Source: Acidimicrobiia bacterium (GTDB lineage Bacteria > Actinomycetota > Acidimicrobiia > Spongiisociales > UBA11373). From it: 52,840 bases of DNA. A model generated the notes under the pieces. That model was not told the origin of the DNA and made no database searches. It saw nothing but the letters and a program-made list of their open reading frames with translations. The stretch is taken from the NCBI GenBank assembly GCA_040878325.1, contig JBBDMM010000018.1, forward strand, positions 147,083 to 199,922. The letters are read 5' to 3'. A program made the translations under genes and the position numbers. The stretch's first letter is position 1. Each line of letters begins with the position of its first letter. This document shows, piece by piece, positions 19,691 to 28,674 of this stretch.

Positions 19691-19826
19691 GAAGCTTCGC
19701 TTCGCTCGGCCGGCGATGGGCGAAACCCGCGAAGAGCCCTCGCCTCGCCTGGCAATGGCAATTGGCTGGAACCCGGGGGTGTGCGAATCCGATAGGGTTC
19801 TCGCAGTAACTATCAGGGGAGTCGAC

Positions 19827-20438
19827 ATGAGACGCTTTGGCCCGATGGCGCTCGCGCTGATGTTGTTGGCTGCGGGATGCGGGGATGACGACACCGCTTC
19901 GACCACCACGTCTGCGCCGCCGGCGACTACCACCACCACGGCGGCACCCGCGACTACGACCACGGGAGCCCCGGCCACCACGACCAGTGCCGCAGTGGAC
20001 CCCACCGCTGAGCGCGTGGCGGCGGCTCAGGAGTTGGAAGGCGATTACGAAGGGGAGTGGAACAACACCACCTTCGGGTCCACAGGCCCGGTCGATGCCT
20101 CGATCGTGGTCGACCCCGACGCGGCGGTCGCCCAGTTCACCCTCGATCTAGGCGGCAACGTGTTCGGCTTTCCCGATCCCGACCCCTTCACCGTCGAGAT
20201 CGACCTCTCCCAGGAAGGGCCCTATCAGTTCACCAACGAGCTGCTGGGCGATGGGGAGTTCACCATTGCCGACGGCATCGTTTTCTTCACTGCGTTCTCC
20301 ATCGACCAGCTGACCGGCGCCTCGATGGAAGTCGAAGGCACCGTCAACAGCTCCGGCTGGGATCTGTTCTACAAGATCCTCACCCCCGCCGGCAGCACGT
20401 TTGCGGAAGGGACGATCGAGGCCACTCCGGTCGGTTGA
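19827..20438 (+). CDS. Lipoprotein of unknown function with Thr-rich linker
   Basis: Lipobox LAAGC followed by GDDD and T/A/P linker; RBS GGGGAG. Confidence 0.8.
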   Translation: MRRFGPMALALMLLAAGCGDDDTASTTTSAPPATTTTTAAPATTTTGAPATTTSAAVDPTAERVAAAQELEGDYEGEWNNTTFGSTGPVDASIVVDPDAAVAQFTLDLGGNVFGFPDPDPFTVEIDLSQEGPYQFTNELLGDGEFTIADGIVFFTAFSIDQLTGASMEVEGTVNSSGWDLFYKILTPAGSTFAEGTIEATPVG

Positions 20439-20548
20439 TGACCCCCAGCGGGACCCATCAACGAAAAGTGCGCGAAAATCCCTGACTGGTGCCGTAACGG
20501 GGGCTAAGGTTGTCGTCAAATCACACCAATGTGATTCGAGGCGACCTC

Positions 20549-20764
20549 ATGTATGAACTCGCCGATTGGGGCCAGCCGGTGGCCCCCGAGTGGGAACAAC
20601 CCATGGAGCGCATTGACGCTCGCCTCCCCGTCAGTCTGGTCCGGATCATTCGCCGTCGTGCCCGGTCGGAAGGGGTCAGCATCAGCGTCCTGATGAACCG
20701 GCTCCTCGCCGAGGCATTGGGCATGCGGGTCGGTGGCCAGCGCGGAGGCGGCGCGTTCGACTGA
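20549..20764 (+). CDS. Small ribbon-helix-helix (CopG/Arc-like) protein
   Basis: RIDARLPVSLVRIIRRRARSEGVSISVLMNRLLAEAL pattern. Confidence 0.55.
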   Translation: MYELADWGQPVAPEWEQPMERIDARLPVSLVRIIRRRARSEGVSISVLMNRLLAEALGMRVGGQRGGGAFD

Positions 20765-20885
20765 AGGTCCTCAGGGAACTACTGGCGCGCCGGCGGGCTG
20801 TTCGGTAGTGGGTCAGTCTGAGTCGCGCGACTGCTCCTCGTCCCATCGGCGCATGGTCTCTATGACGGCCCACGCGCCGCGAAAC

Positions 20886-23081
20886 TCAATGCGGAGCGGT
20901 CGGCAATAGCTCGATGAGCCGCTCAGGCGAGGTGGGATCGGGAACGGGGCCGGACAGATGCTGCGGTACCTGACTCTCCTTGACGATTCCCTTGGACAGC
21001 CCCGTGAGGATGGCGTAAGGCTGCATTGACGGATTCTCGAATCGGTACACGTGGTGCCGTGGTTCGCCTTCCTTGACAAGCACGCCGGTGACGTCATCCG
21101 AGAACCGCTTGAGATGGCGAGCGAACGCGGGGGTGCCGTACGGCCTGCCCATGATCGCAGACAGAGGCTCTCGGACCGCGGCAGCGGTGAAGTAGCCGAG
21201 TTCGTCCTTTGGTGCCAACGCGCACGCGATCAGGACATGCTCGTAGAGGCTCTCTTTCTGAGTGCTGCGGGTGGCTCGCTGGTACTCGCCGAGCAGGGAA
21301 TGGGTCTGAACCGCCTCTTCGATGGCGGCGTCCACATCGACCGAAGTTATCTCGGACCGATCATCGAGGACCGCACGCAGCTCCGCGTGTTGGGTCAACA
21401 GGTGCGTGTACTGGGGAAGGCTCTCGGAAAGTGACGCGACGCGCTCCCTCGCCGCTTCTGTCATCGTCGGGCTCAGCAAGCCGGGTCCCTTGATGATTTC
21501 ATCCAGTTCGTCATGAGACGTTCGCGGAACCTGAGCCAGCGCCGGCTGTTCTTCGTCATCGAACAGCACGGCATCACCTGCGGGGAATCGTTCCGGGGCG
21601 GCATCACCTGTGGGGACTCGTTCCGGCGCGGCATCACCTGTGGGGGCAGGTTCCGGCGCGGCATCACCTGAGGGGACGCGTTCCGGCGCGACAGCATCTG
21701 TGGGGACTCGTTGCGGCGCGGCATGACCTGAGGGGATCCGTTCCGGCGCGGCACTCGCCGCGATCCCGAGCCGAATCTCGAACCGGGTGGTCGAGTCCTG
21801 GCGGGTGTAGTCGATCGTCCCTCCCATCCCCTCGGCCAATACCCGGGTGATCGCCAGCCCGAGTCCGACGCTCCCGACTATCAGTGGCCGGTCGCCCTGG
21901 TGGACGAACCGCTGAAACAGGCGCTCCTCGATGTCGGCCGGCACTCCTGGCCCGTCGTCTTCCACCCGGATCACATACGAATTGTCCTGGCTGACGCCGT
22001 GGACCGCCACGTCAGGACCCCCGTGACGGATGGCGTTGGACACGAGATTGCGCAGCAGCTGGCGGAGCCGCCCGCCGTCGGCGATCACGCTCGCGGGCTC
22101 GGCGGCCACTCGGACCGGGGTACCCATCCGGCCCAACTCCTTCACGACCGACTCGATCTCGTTGACCGGGTCGGTGGGGCGCAGGTCGAACGACAGCCGA
22201 CCCGCATCTGCCTGGGCGGAGACGAGCAGATCCTCCACCATCCGGTTCAAGTCGGCGGACTGGTCCACGATCATGCTGTTCAACTCGGCGGCGATCTCGC
22301 GGTCCTCGAAGCCGAGGTCCTCGATCGTGAGCGCCGAGGTGTAGATGCCGGTGAGCGGGGTTCGCAGCTCGTGGGAGAGGTTGGCGATCAGCTGATCCTT
22401 CGAGCGGTTGATGGTTCGTTCGCGCTCGAGATCGGCCGCCAGCTGCTCACGCTTACGGCGGCGTCGCACCAGCATCAGGCCGAAGCCAACCGCCAGGGTT
22501 GGCACAAAGAACGCAACGGTGAAACGGCTGGCGGTGGCCACCGACCCGGCCTCGGCCGCGGCGCTGGCAATGGCGTCGACTGCCCCGGCTCGGATGAGTA
22601 CCAGGGCGGCGTTGAGTTCGTGGTAGGCGGTCAGGGTGGGTCCGGCGGCGGCGGCACCTGCGGCGTCGAGGTTCCCGGCGGTGATCAGGTCCAGGACATT
22701 GCGTGACTCCCGAAAGACGGTCGCGGGCGCATCGACGAGTCCGCCGGGGTCCGGGATCATCTGCGTGACGGTGGCTACCCGGGCATCCAGTTCATCGAGC
22801 ACCAGGAGCGCTTCCTGGATCGACGCCGCGGAGAGTGCCGGGTCGAAGTCGCCTTGGGACAGCAACAGCGCGTGCCCCAGGGCATTGCGGGCAGCGGCGC
22901 TGGCGCCGAGCGCCGACTCCGCCGACTGCTGGGTCCGTGCGTGCTCCGCCACCTCGACGACTCCGGATGCGTTGGTATACACGAGGGCGAGGGCGGCGAG
23001 GAGACCCGCCAGCGCCACCATGCCCCCTCCGAGCAGTGCGCGGGTCGATGTCCCCCGGGCGGGGTTGGGTGAATCAGTCAC
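20886..23081 (-). CDS. Orphan membrane sensor histidine kinase with repeat linker and extra C-terminal domain
   Basis: Two TMs; SHELRTPL (H), NLVSNA (N), DDGPGV (G1), GLGLAI (G2); ~290 aa extension. Confidence 0.85.
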   Translation of the reverse strand: MTDSPNPARGTSTRALLGGGMVALAGLLAALALVYTNASGVVEVAEHARTQQSAESALGASAAARNALGHALLLSQGDFDPALSAASIQEALLVLDELDARVATVTQMIPDPGGLVDAPATVFRESRNVLDLITAGNLDAAGAAAAGPTLTAYHELNAALVLIRAGAVDAIASAAAEAGSVATASRFTVAFFVPTLAVGFGLMLVRRRRKREQLAADLERERTINRSKDQLIANLSHELRTPLTGIYTSALTIEDLGFEDREIAAELNSMIVDQSADLNRMVEDLLVSAQADAGRLSFDLRPTDPVNEIESVVKELGRMGTPVRVAAEPASVIADGGRLRQLLRNLVSNAIRHGGPDVAVHGVSQDNSYVIRVEDDGPGVPADIEERLFQRFVHQGDRPLIVGSVGLGLAITRVLAEGMGGTIDYTRQDSTTRFEIRLGIAASAAPERIPSGHAAPQRVPTDAVAPERVPSGDAAPEPAPTGDAAPERVPTGDAAPERFPAGDAVLFDDEEQPALAQVPRTSHDELDEIIKGPGLLSPTMTEAARERVASLSESLPQYTHLLTQHAELRAVLDDRSEITSVDVDAAIEEAVQTHSLLGEYQRATRSTQKESLYEHVLIACALAPKDELGYFTAAAVREPLSAIMGRPYGTPAFARHLKRFSDDVTGVLVKEGEPRHHVYRFENPSMQPYAILTGLSKGIVKESQVPQHLSGPVPDPTSPERLIELLPTAPH
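21571..21750. repeat. In-frame tandem repeat, 6 x 30 bp (AAPERVPxGD)
   Basis: Units at 21571, 21601, 21631, 21661, 21691, 21721; consensus GCATCACCTGNGGGGNNNCGTTCCGGCGCG. Confidence 0.9.
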
Positions 23082-23091
23082 GTGACTAGAT

Positions 23092-23120
23092 CATTCGGCA
23101 GCAGGCGGTTGATCCTTGAG
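23092..23120 (-). promoter_or_regulatory. Putative sigma28-type promoter of the kinase
   Basis: CTCAAG-N15-GCCGAATG, 10 nt before GTG. Confidence 0.55.
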
Positions 23121-23151
23121 AAGAGGCCCTTGCGGAGCCGAAAGAACCGGT

Positions 23152-24099
23152 ATGAGAAGTTTCACAACCCGCCTCCGAAACGCCCTGATCGTTTCGATCG
23201 TCGCGACGGCCGTCAGCCTGCCGATCACTGCATTGGCGGCCTTGCCTCCCATCGACCTGCCGCGACCGATCGACCTGCCAGGGGTCCCCAACCACGGGTG
23301 TGGCAACGGCAAGGGCCAAGGCAACGACTGCTCCCACACTACGACGACCACCACCCCCGAGCCCGTGCCCACGACGGTTCCGGTGACGGTGCCCACGACG
23401 GTTCCGGTGACGGTGCCCACGACGGTTCCGGCCTCTCCATCCACGACGGCGCCCGGAGGCGGCCCGGGGACCGTCCCGGCCACGGTTCCGGCGACAACGG
23501 TGCCGGTGCCCCCGGCCACCCCGCCCGGTCAGACGGCTACCCCGCCCGGTCAGACGGCTACCCCGCCCGGTCAGACGGCTACCCCGCCCGGTCAGACGGC
23601 TACCACGGTCGGTAACTTCCCCGCAACGTTGCCGGCCGTTGTGCCGTCCACTCACCCGGGGGATGCCCGCGCCGAGCCGGCGGGCCCCGCGGTCGTGACC
23701 CCCGTGGGCACGCCACCCGTGGGCACGCCACCCGTGGGCACGCCACCCGTGGGCACGCCACCCGTCGGACTGAGCGGCTTCAACACCGCGGCGATGGCGC
23801 CCCAGATGGCTGGCGCGGTGAAGATGCTCGAAGGGCGGGACGACGAAGCGGTCGACGACGAGCCCGTAGCCGATGTCGCCGCCGGGCCGATGTCGGGGGG
23901 CTTCCATGACCTGCTGTCGCCGGTGCTGCCGCCCGCCCTCGTGGATGCGGTCGCCTCACCGTTGGTGATCATGGACGCCTTGTACGACGCCTTCACCTCG
24001 AGCGGTCAGGCGCTGATCGTTCCCGGGATCGCCTTCCTCTTCGGATTCGGTGTGCCGGGCATTCGGCGTCGGATCACCCTCGACGAAGTCATCGACTGA
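23152..24099 (+). CDS. Secreted, membrane-anchored Pro/Thr-rich protein with internal tandem repeats
   Basis: Signal peptide; 24-, 21- and 15-bp repeat blocks; C-terminal hydrophobic segment plus RRR. Confidence 0.75.
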   Translation: MRSFTTRLRNALIVSIVATAVSLPITALAALPPIDLPRPIDLPGVPNHGCGNGKGQGNDCSHTTTTTTPEPVPTTVPVTVPTTVPVTVPTTVPASPSTTAPGGGPGTVPATVPATTVPVPPATPPGQTATPPGQTATPPGQTATPPGQTATTVGNFPATLPAVVPSTHPGDARAEPAGPAVVTPVGTPPVGTPPVGTPPVGTPPVGLSGFNTAAMAPQMAGAVKMLEGRDDEAVDDEPVADVAAGPMSGGFHDLLSPVLPPALVDAVASPLVIMDALYDAFTSSGQALIVPGIAFLFGFGVPGIRRRITLDEVID

Positions 24100-24250
24100 A
24101 GGTCGCGCTCACTTTCCAACCGGCCTGCGATCCTTTTGGGGCTTCTTGGGAGGATTCATCTCGATTGGCAACGTCCGTGAGCGCGCGGCCGCGAAGCAAT
24201 CGGTGCCCCGCTTGAACGCTTCGTAGACAGAGGTCCGGCAACATCTCCGC

Positions 24251-24475
24251 ATGCGGGACGGGCTGACCGACGAAGTGAGAAGGATGATCTCGGGGATCGC
24301 CGCCGGTGCGGGCGACGGCGTGGGTGAGCTGCGGCGAGCCGGCATTCCGGTCGAACTCGAGGGGTTCATCGTCGAGGCGATGGTCGAGCCGGGCGACCCT
24401 TCTCCGGCGACCTCGATCCGCTTGGTCTTCTGTAAAGAAGGGTCAAGAGTCAAGAGTCAAGTCTTCGATTCCTGA
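24251..24475 (+). CDS. Hypothetical small protein
   Basis: 74-aa ORF with GC3 bias; tail runs into a GTCAAGA heptamer tract. Confidence 0.35.
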   Translation: MRDGLTDEVRRMISGIAAGAGDGVGELRRAGIPVELEGFIVEAMVEPGDPSPATSIRLVFCKEGSRVKSQVFDS

Positions 24476-24478
24476 GTC

Positions 24479-25882
24479 TCATTGATCGTGGGGGAGGCTT
24501 CCGCGGGCGGCTCGCAGGTATGCGAATGGAGTCGCCAGCAGGAAGTTCGAGGCTCGCGACGTGTAGACGTCGGCGTAGCGCTCGACCTGCCTGGCAAAGA
24601 GGCTCTTGTCATTGCCTGATCGCATCAGGGGTCCCCAAGCGGTGTTTCGCAGCTCACTGGCGGCGATCGCCAGCGGGGCGATGTCGTCGTCGAGGCGGGC
24701 CAGCTCTGCACGCAGGGAATCCACCCGCTCGTCGGAATCCGCCGTTGGGTCCGTAGGTCCGTAGCCCCGAGCGGCCCGCTGACGCGCCAGGCGGGTCGCA
24801 GCGAGTTCCTCCTCGAGCTGGGTCTTCTGCTCCATCAAGTCGAGCAACGCCCGTTCCGACGGTTGGAATGCCTCGGCCGCCTCGATCTCGGTCTCGAGCT
24901 CTCGCAGGATCAGCGCCGTCCGCCATCGCAGCAGGGCCTTGGACACCGACACGTCCGAATACAGGTGGTCGCCGACATAGAGGACTTGGTCACCGCTCAA
25001 ACCGAGGTGCGCTTCCAGCTGCGCCGCGTAACCGCCAACGAAGACCGCTCCACGCTGAAGATCCCCGACGTGGGGGCGCATCAGGCCCTGCTCCTCGTCG
25101 ACGATCCGGTACAGCGGCCGGGTCGAGGTGAAGAAGGCGGGCTTGGCCGCCGACACGATCACCGCGTCGAACAGGTCACGCCACGAGGTGCCTTCCGGGA
25201 GATGGGGGTCGAAGGCGTAGGCCATCATCTTCTGGGTGTATTCCCACTCCGAGTTGGTGATCAGCACGACCCGCTTGCCCGCATGCTTCTGGTCGAGGAG
25301 GGCGAGCGGGATCTCCGGGTCGGGCACTACGAAACGCTCAGGGTCGGCGAGGATGTCCTGCTTCAGCCGTCCCTCCATGTGGGCCGCGTCGAGGGTCGAG
25401 CGCACCGCTTCGTAGAGCTCGGTGTACCCGTGGATGCCGTGGATCTTGCCCTCGTCGAACAGGTCGACGAGTTGGGCGAATAGGGAAGCCTCCGACATCG
25501 AGAAGAGAGTGTTGAGGAACACCCAGCGTCGTTCGGAGAGATCCACCGCGGTGCCCTCGTAGTCCCGGCGCAGCCGATCGAATTCGAGGAACTTCGTGCC
25601 GTGCGCCGCCTTGATCACATATCCGAATCTCGTCGGCTTGACGAGGTTGCCTAGCTCGAGGTCGATGGTGAGCCCCCTGATCACCAGGTCAGGGTCGAAC
25701 CCGAGCCCGTCCACCGGCCACCCCGCATCACCGAGCCGGGCCCTGGTGTGCTCGAAGGCGCGGCGCTCCCACTCATCCACCCGGTAGTGGATCAGCGTGT
25801 AGTCCATGTCGTATCCGATGGCACGAATCGACCGCATGTTCAGCGTCCGATTCCCATAGATCCGACGAGTAGGAGGGACCAT
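24479..25882 (-). CDS. HAD-IG family 5'-nucleotidase (cN-II-like)
   Basis: NRTLN, GYDMDYTL, LITNSEW, AKPAFF, YVGDHLYSD, RYADVYTS. Confidence 0.9.
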   Translation of the reverse strand: MVPPTRRIYGNRTLNMRSIRAIGYDMDYTLIHYRVDEWERRAFEHTRARLGDAGWPVDGLGFDPDLVIRGLTIDLELGNLVKPTRFGYVIKAAHGTKFLEFDRLRRDYEGTAVDLSERRWVFLNTLFSMSEASLFAQLVDLFDEGKIHGIHGYTELYEAVRSTLDAAHMEGRLKQDILADPERFVVPDPEIPLALLDQKHAGKRVVLITNSEWEYTQKMMAYAFDPHLPEGTSWRDLFDAVIVSAAKPAFFTSTRPLYRIVDEEQGLMRPHVGDLQRGAVFVGGYAAQLEAHLGLSGDQVLYVGDHLYSDVSVSKALLRWRTALILRELETEIEAAEAFQPSERALLDLMEQKTQLEEELAATRLARQRAARGYGPTDPTADSDERVDSLRAELARLDDDIAPLAIAASELRNTAWGPLMRSGNDKSLFARQVERYADVYTSRASNFLLATPFAYLRAARGSLPHDQ

Positions 25883-25899
25883 TGGGGAGGACTCTAAGA

Positions 25900-26053
25900 G
25901 GCCTCGCTTCGCTCGGCCCGCAATTGGCGATTGGTAAGAGAGCCTCGCTTCGCTCGGCTCGCAATGCGCGATGCGCAATGCGCTACGCGGCGACCGGCAT
26001 TTGCGTGGTCTGCAGTCTCTTGCGGAAGGCGGGAGGCGGGAGGCGGGCGGCCG
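25900..26053. repeat. Repeat cluster: GCCTCGCTTCGCTCGGC x2 plus heptamer tracts
   Basis: Direct read; (GCAATGC)n and (GGCGGGA)n tracts. Confidence 0.8.
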
Positions 26054-26057
26054 CCGC

Positions 26058-27161
26058 CTACTCCTCCGCCGCGTCCCCGCTCGACTCGAGGTCGGGCTCC
26101 CTAGCTGAGGCGGGCTGCCGCGGCGGCTCCTCTCCTTGCTTCATCCATATGGTGCGCTGGGGGAAGGGGATCTCGATTCCTTCGCGGTCGAAGGCGAACT
26201 TGAGGCGCTTGCGAACCTCGCGGGCGGTGGCGAACTGCTCGCCGGGTTCCACCTTGAGCACGACTCGTATGACGATGGCCGACTCGCCGAAGGACTCGAC
26301 TCCGAGGATCTCGGGTTCCTCCAGCACCGTGGCCTGCTCCAGGCGGTCCTGCCATACGCCGTTGACGACTTCCCGAATCACGTCCACCGCCTTGGCCAGG
26401 TCGGTGTCGTAGGCGACTTCGACGTCCAGCACGGTGCGGGCCCACTGCTGGCTCTTGTTGCCGATGCGCCGGATTTCCCCGTTGGGCACGAACCAAACGG
26501 TCCCGTTCACGTCGCGTAGCCGGGTGGTGCGGAGGTTGACCTCCTCGACCACGCCAACGGCGTCGCCGACGTCGATGATGTCGCCCACCCCGTACTGGTC
26601 CTCGACGAGCATGAAGATGCCGTTGAGGAAGTCCTTCACCAGGGATTGCGCCCCGAAGCCCAACGCAATGCCCACGATGCCCGCTCCGGCCACGAGTGGG
26701 CCGAGGCTGACACCGAACTCGGCGAGGACGATTATCCCGGCGAGCGTGTAGATCGTCAGCGACGCCACGCTGCGCAGCACCGCGCCGAGGGCGAGCGCGC
26801 GCTGCTTTCCCCGCTCCTCCTGCGCCCTCAGCATCTGGGTCTTCTCCACCGCCCGCGCCCGCAGAGTGGCGAAGCGACCGTCCTCGATCTCGACGTCCTG
26901 TCGGGCGCGAGTGCGTTCCTCGCGTTGGACGATCAGGCGCTCCACCATCCGCCGGATCCCGCGCCGGATCAGCCGATTGGCGACCAGCGCCACGATCAGG
27001 ATCAGGAGCAGCTTTGCCGGCTTGGCCAGGAGCCAATCGGCGAACCGAGCCGCCGAGTCGTTGCCGGTCAGGTCATAGATCCACTCGCACAGCAGTCCGG
27101 GCGGATCCCCGCACACGGCGGGTTCGGGCGTCTGAAGGAAGTTCTGCAATCCGGGGAGCAT
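26058..27161 (-). CDS. Small-conductance mechanosensitive channel (MscS family)
   Basis: GFGAQSLVKDFLNG, DQYGVGD, LRTTRLR, VPNGEI, GIEIPFPQ. Confidence 0.9.
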   Translation of the reverse strand: MLPGLQNFLQTPEPAVCGDPPGLLCEWIYDLTGNDSAARFADWLLAKPAKLLLILIVALVANRLIRRGIRRMVERLIVQREERTRARQDVEIEDGRFATLRARAVEKTQMLRAQEERGKQRALALGAVLRSVASLTIYTLAGIIVLAEFGVSLGPLVAGAGIVGIALGFGAQSLVKDFLNGIFMLVEDQYGVGDIIDVGDAVGVVEEVNLRTTRLRDVNGTVWFVPNGEIRRIGNKSQQWARTVLDVEVAYDTDLAKAVDVIREVVNGVWQDRLEQATVLEEPEILGVESFGESAIVIRVVLKVEPGEQFATAREVRKRLKFAFDREGIEIPFPQRTIWMKQGEEPPRQPASAREPDLESSGDAAEE

Positions 27162-27273
27162 TCATCGCCTTTGCCGTGGGCTAGTCAGTGGAAACTACCC
27201 GGTCGAGCGTTGGTGTTGCTCGCGCGGCGTCGCACGACTGCGCCCGTCGCGGCGATTGGCGAATCGAAAGACG

Positions 27274-27351
27274 GCGTCCTCCTCCGTCGTCTTCGACGGG
27301 GGAGGTGGCTGCCGGGCGAGAAGCCCGGCAGACGGAGGGGGCAGCTGACCC
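27274..27351 (+). repeat. REP-like element
   Basis: GCGTCCTCCTCCGTCGTCTTCGACGGGGGAGGTGG-hairpin-GACGGAGGGGGCAGCTGACCC. Confidence 0.85.
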
Positions 27352-27491
27352 TTCGAGCACCCCCGCGACCAAGGCTCCGGAAAACGGCTGCCGGGCCGCC
27401 CGGCAGCCGTAACCAGCCCGCACCGACACCTCGTGCCCGGAAGCAGTAGACCTTTCTGCGGATGGCGGATGGCGGATGGCGGATGGCTTGC

Positions 27492-28493
27492 TCACCTCAC
27501 CAGAAACGCCGGCAGGTCGTCGCCTTCCTCCAGGGTGAACACGCTCTCTCCGGTGTAGTGGGCCATTCCGCCCACCTCGACGATCACCGCAGAGGTGTCG
27601 CCGACCTTCGTCTCTCGGACCGCCTTTCCGGTGAATTGCGAGCCGACGATGCTCTCGAACCGCCGCTCCGTTCCGATGGCGATCTGGCCCCGGGCGTGTT
27701 GGAGGGCGATGCGGGCGGTGACACCGGAGCCGGTGGGGGAGCGGTCGACCTGGCGGTCGGCAAACACGCAAATGTTCGCCGTGGGCGTCTCCGACCAGTC
27801 GTCGGCGCCGTCGGTGAGGATCGATCCGTAGAGGAATTCGAGGTCGGGGTCGTCGGGGTGGCTCAGGGGGATGGCTGCCGAGGCGGCAGTGGTCAGCGCC
27901 CACGCCGCATCGACCAGGTCGGCGACAGGGCTCTGTCGGACCGCGAGGCCAAACGCCGACGCAGGGGCGAAGGCGTAGAAGGCACCCCCGTAGGCGACGT
28001 CGACCGGGATCGTCCCCACGCCGGTGACTTCGAGCGGCACCGCGGAGGCGGCGACGAACGCCGGCACGCTCTCGAACCGGGCGCGGCCGGTCCTCCCGCC
28101 GGCTACATCCACCGTTACCCGTACCAATCCCGCCGGCACCTGGAGCGCCACCCGGGTCTCCGGCTCCACGGCCTTCACGATTCCGCGGTCCACGGCCCAG
28201 CGCCCGAGCGCAATCGTGGCGTGCCCACACATCGTCGAATAGCCCTCGTTGTGCATGAAGAGCACCGCCAGGTCGGCCTCGGGGTGATCTGGCCGAACCG
28301 GAATCACGCCGTACATGTCGGCGTGGCCGCGGGGCTCGAACATGAGGAGGCGCCGCAGATGATCGTGGTTCTCCCGGGCGTCACGCCGTTTCTCCATGAT
28401 CGTGTCGCCCCCGAGTTCGGGGTACCCGTCGACGACAATCCGCACCGGCTCCCCCCCGGTGTGCATCTCGACGGTGCGGATGGTGGGCGGCAT
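27492..28493 (-). CDS. Proline racemase family, Cys/Thr type (likely trans-3-hydroxy-L-proline dehydratase)
   Basis: MHTGGEP, EPRGH, MCGH, DRSPTGSG (Thr in place of the second catalytic Cys). Confidence 0.85.
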   Translation of the reverse strand: MPPTIRTVEMHTGGEPVRIVVDGYPELGGDTIMEKRRDARENHDHLRRLLMFEPRGHADMYGVIPVRPDHPEADLAVLFMHNEGYSTMCGHATIALGRWAVDRGIVKAVEPETRVALQVPAGLVRVTVDVAGGRTGRARFESVPAFVAASAVPLEVTGVGTIPVDVAYGGAFYAFAPASAFGLAVRQSPVADLVDAAWALTTAASAAIPLSHPDDPDLEFLYGSILTDGADDWSETPTANICVFADRQVDRSPTGSGVTARIALQHARGQIAIGTERRFESIVGSQFTGKAVRETKVGDTSAVIVEVGGMAHYTGESVFTLEEGDDLPAFLVR

Positions 28494-28674
28494 TCGGAGA
28501 GTCTATGGAGAGGTCGCCCGGCTGGGCTCCTGCAATGCGCAATGCGCAATGCGCGGCGCATCGGAAGTGACGCAGGCTTCAGGCAACTCTTGCGGGTAGC
28601 GGGTAGCGGGAAGCGGGAAGCGAGGCCGCCCTCCGCATTAGCCTCAGAAGCAACCACCTACCGGAGGCGCCGCG

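Noticed and set aside
21571..21750. 30-bp repeats as a CRISPR array
   Set aside because: Head-to-tail with no spacers, and in frame within a CDS
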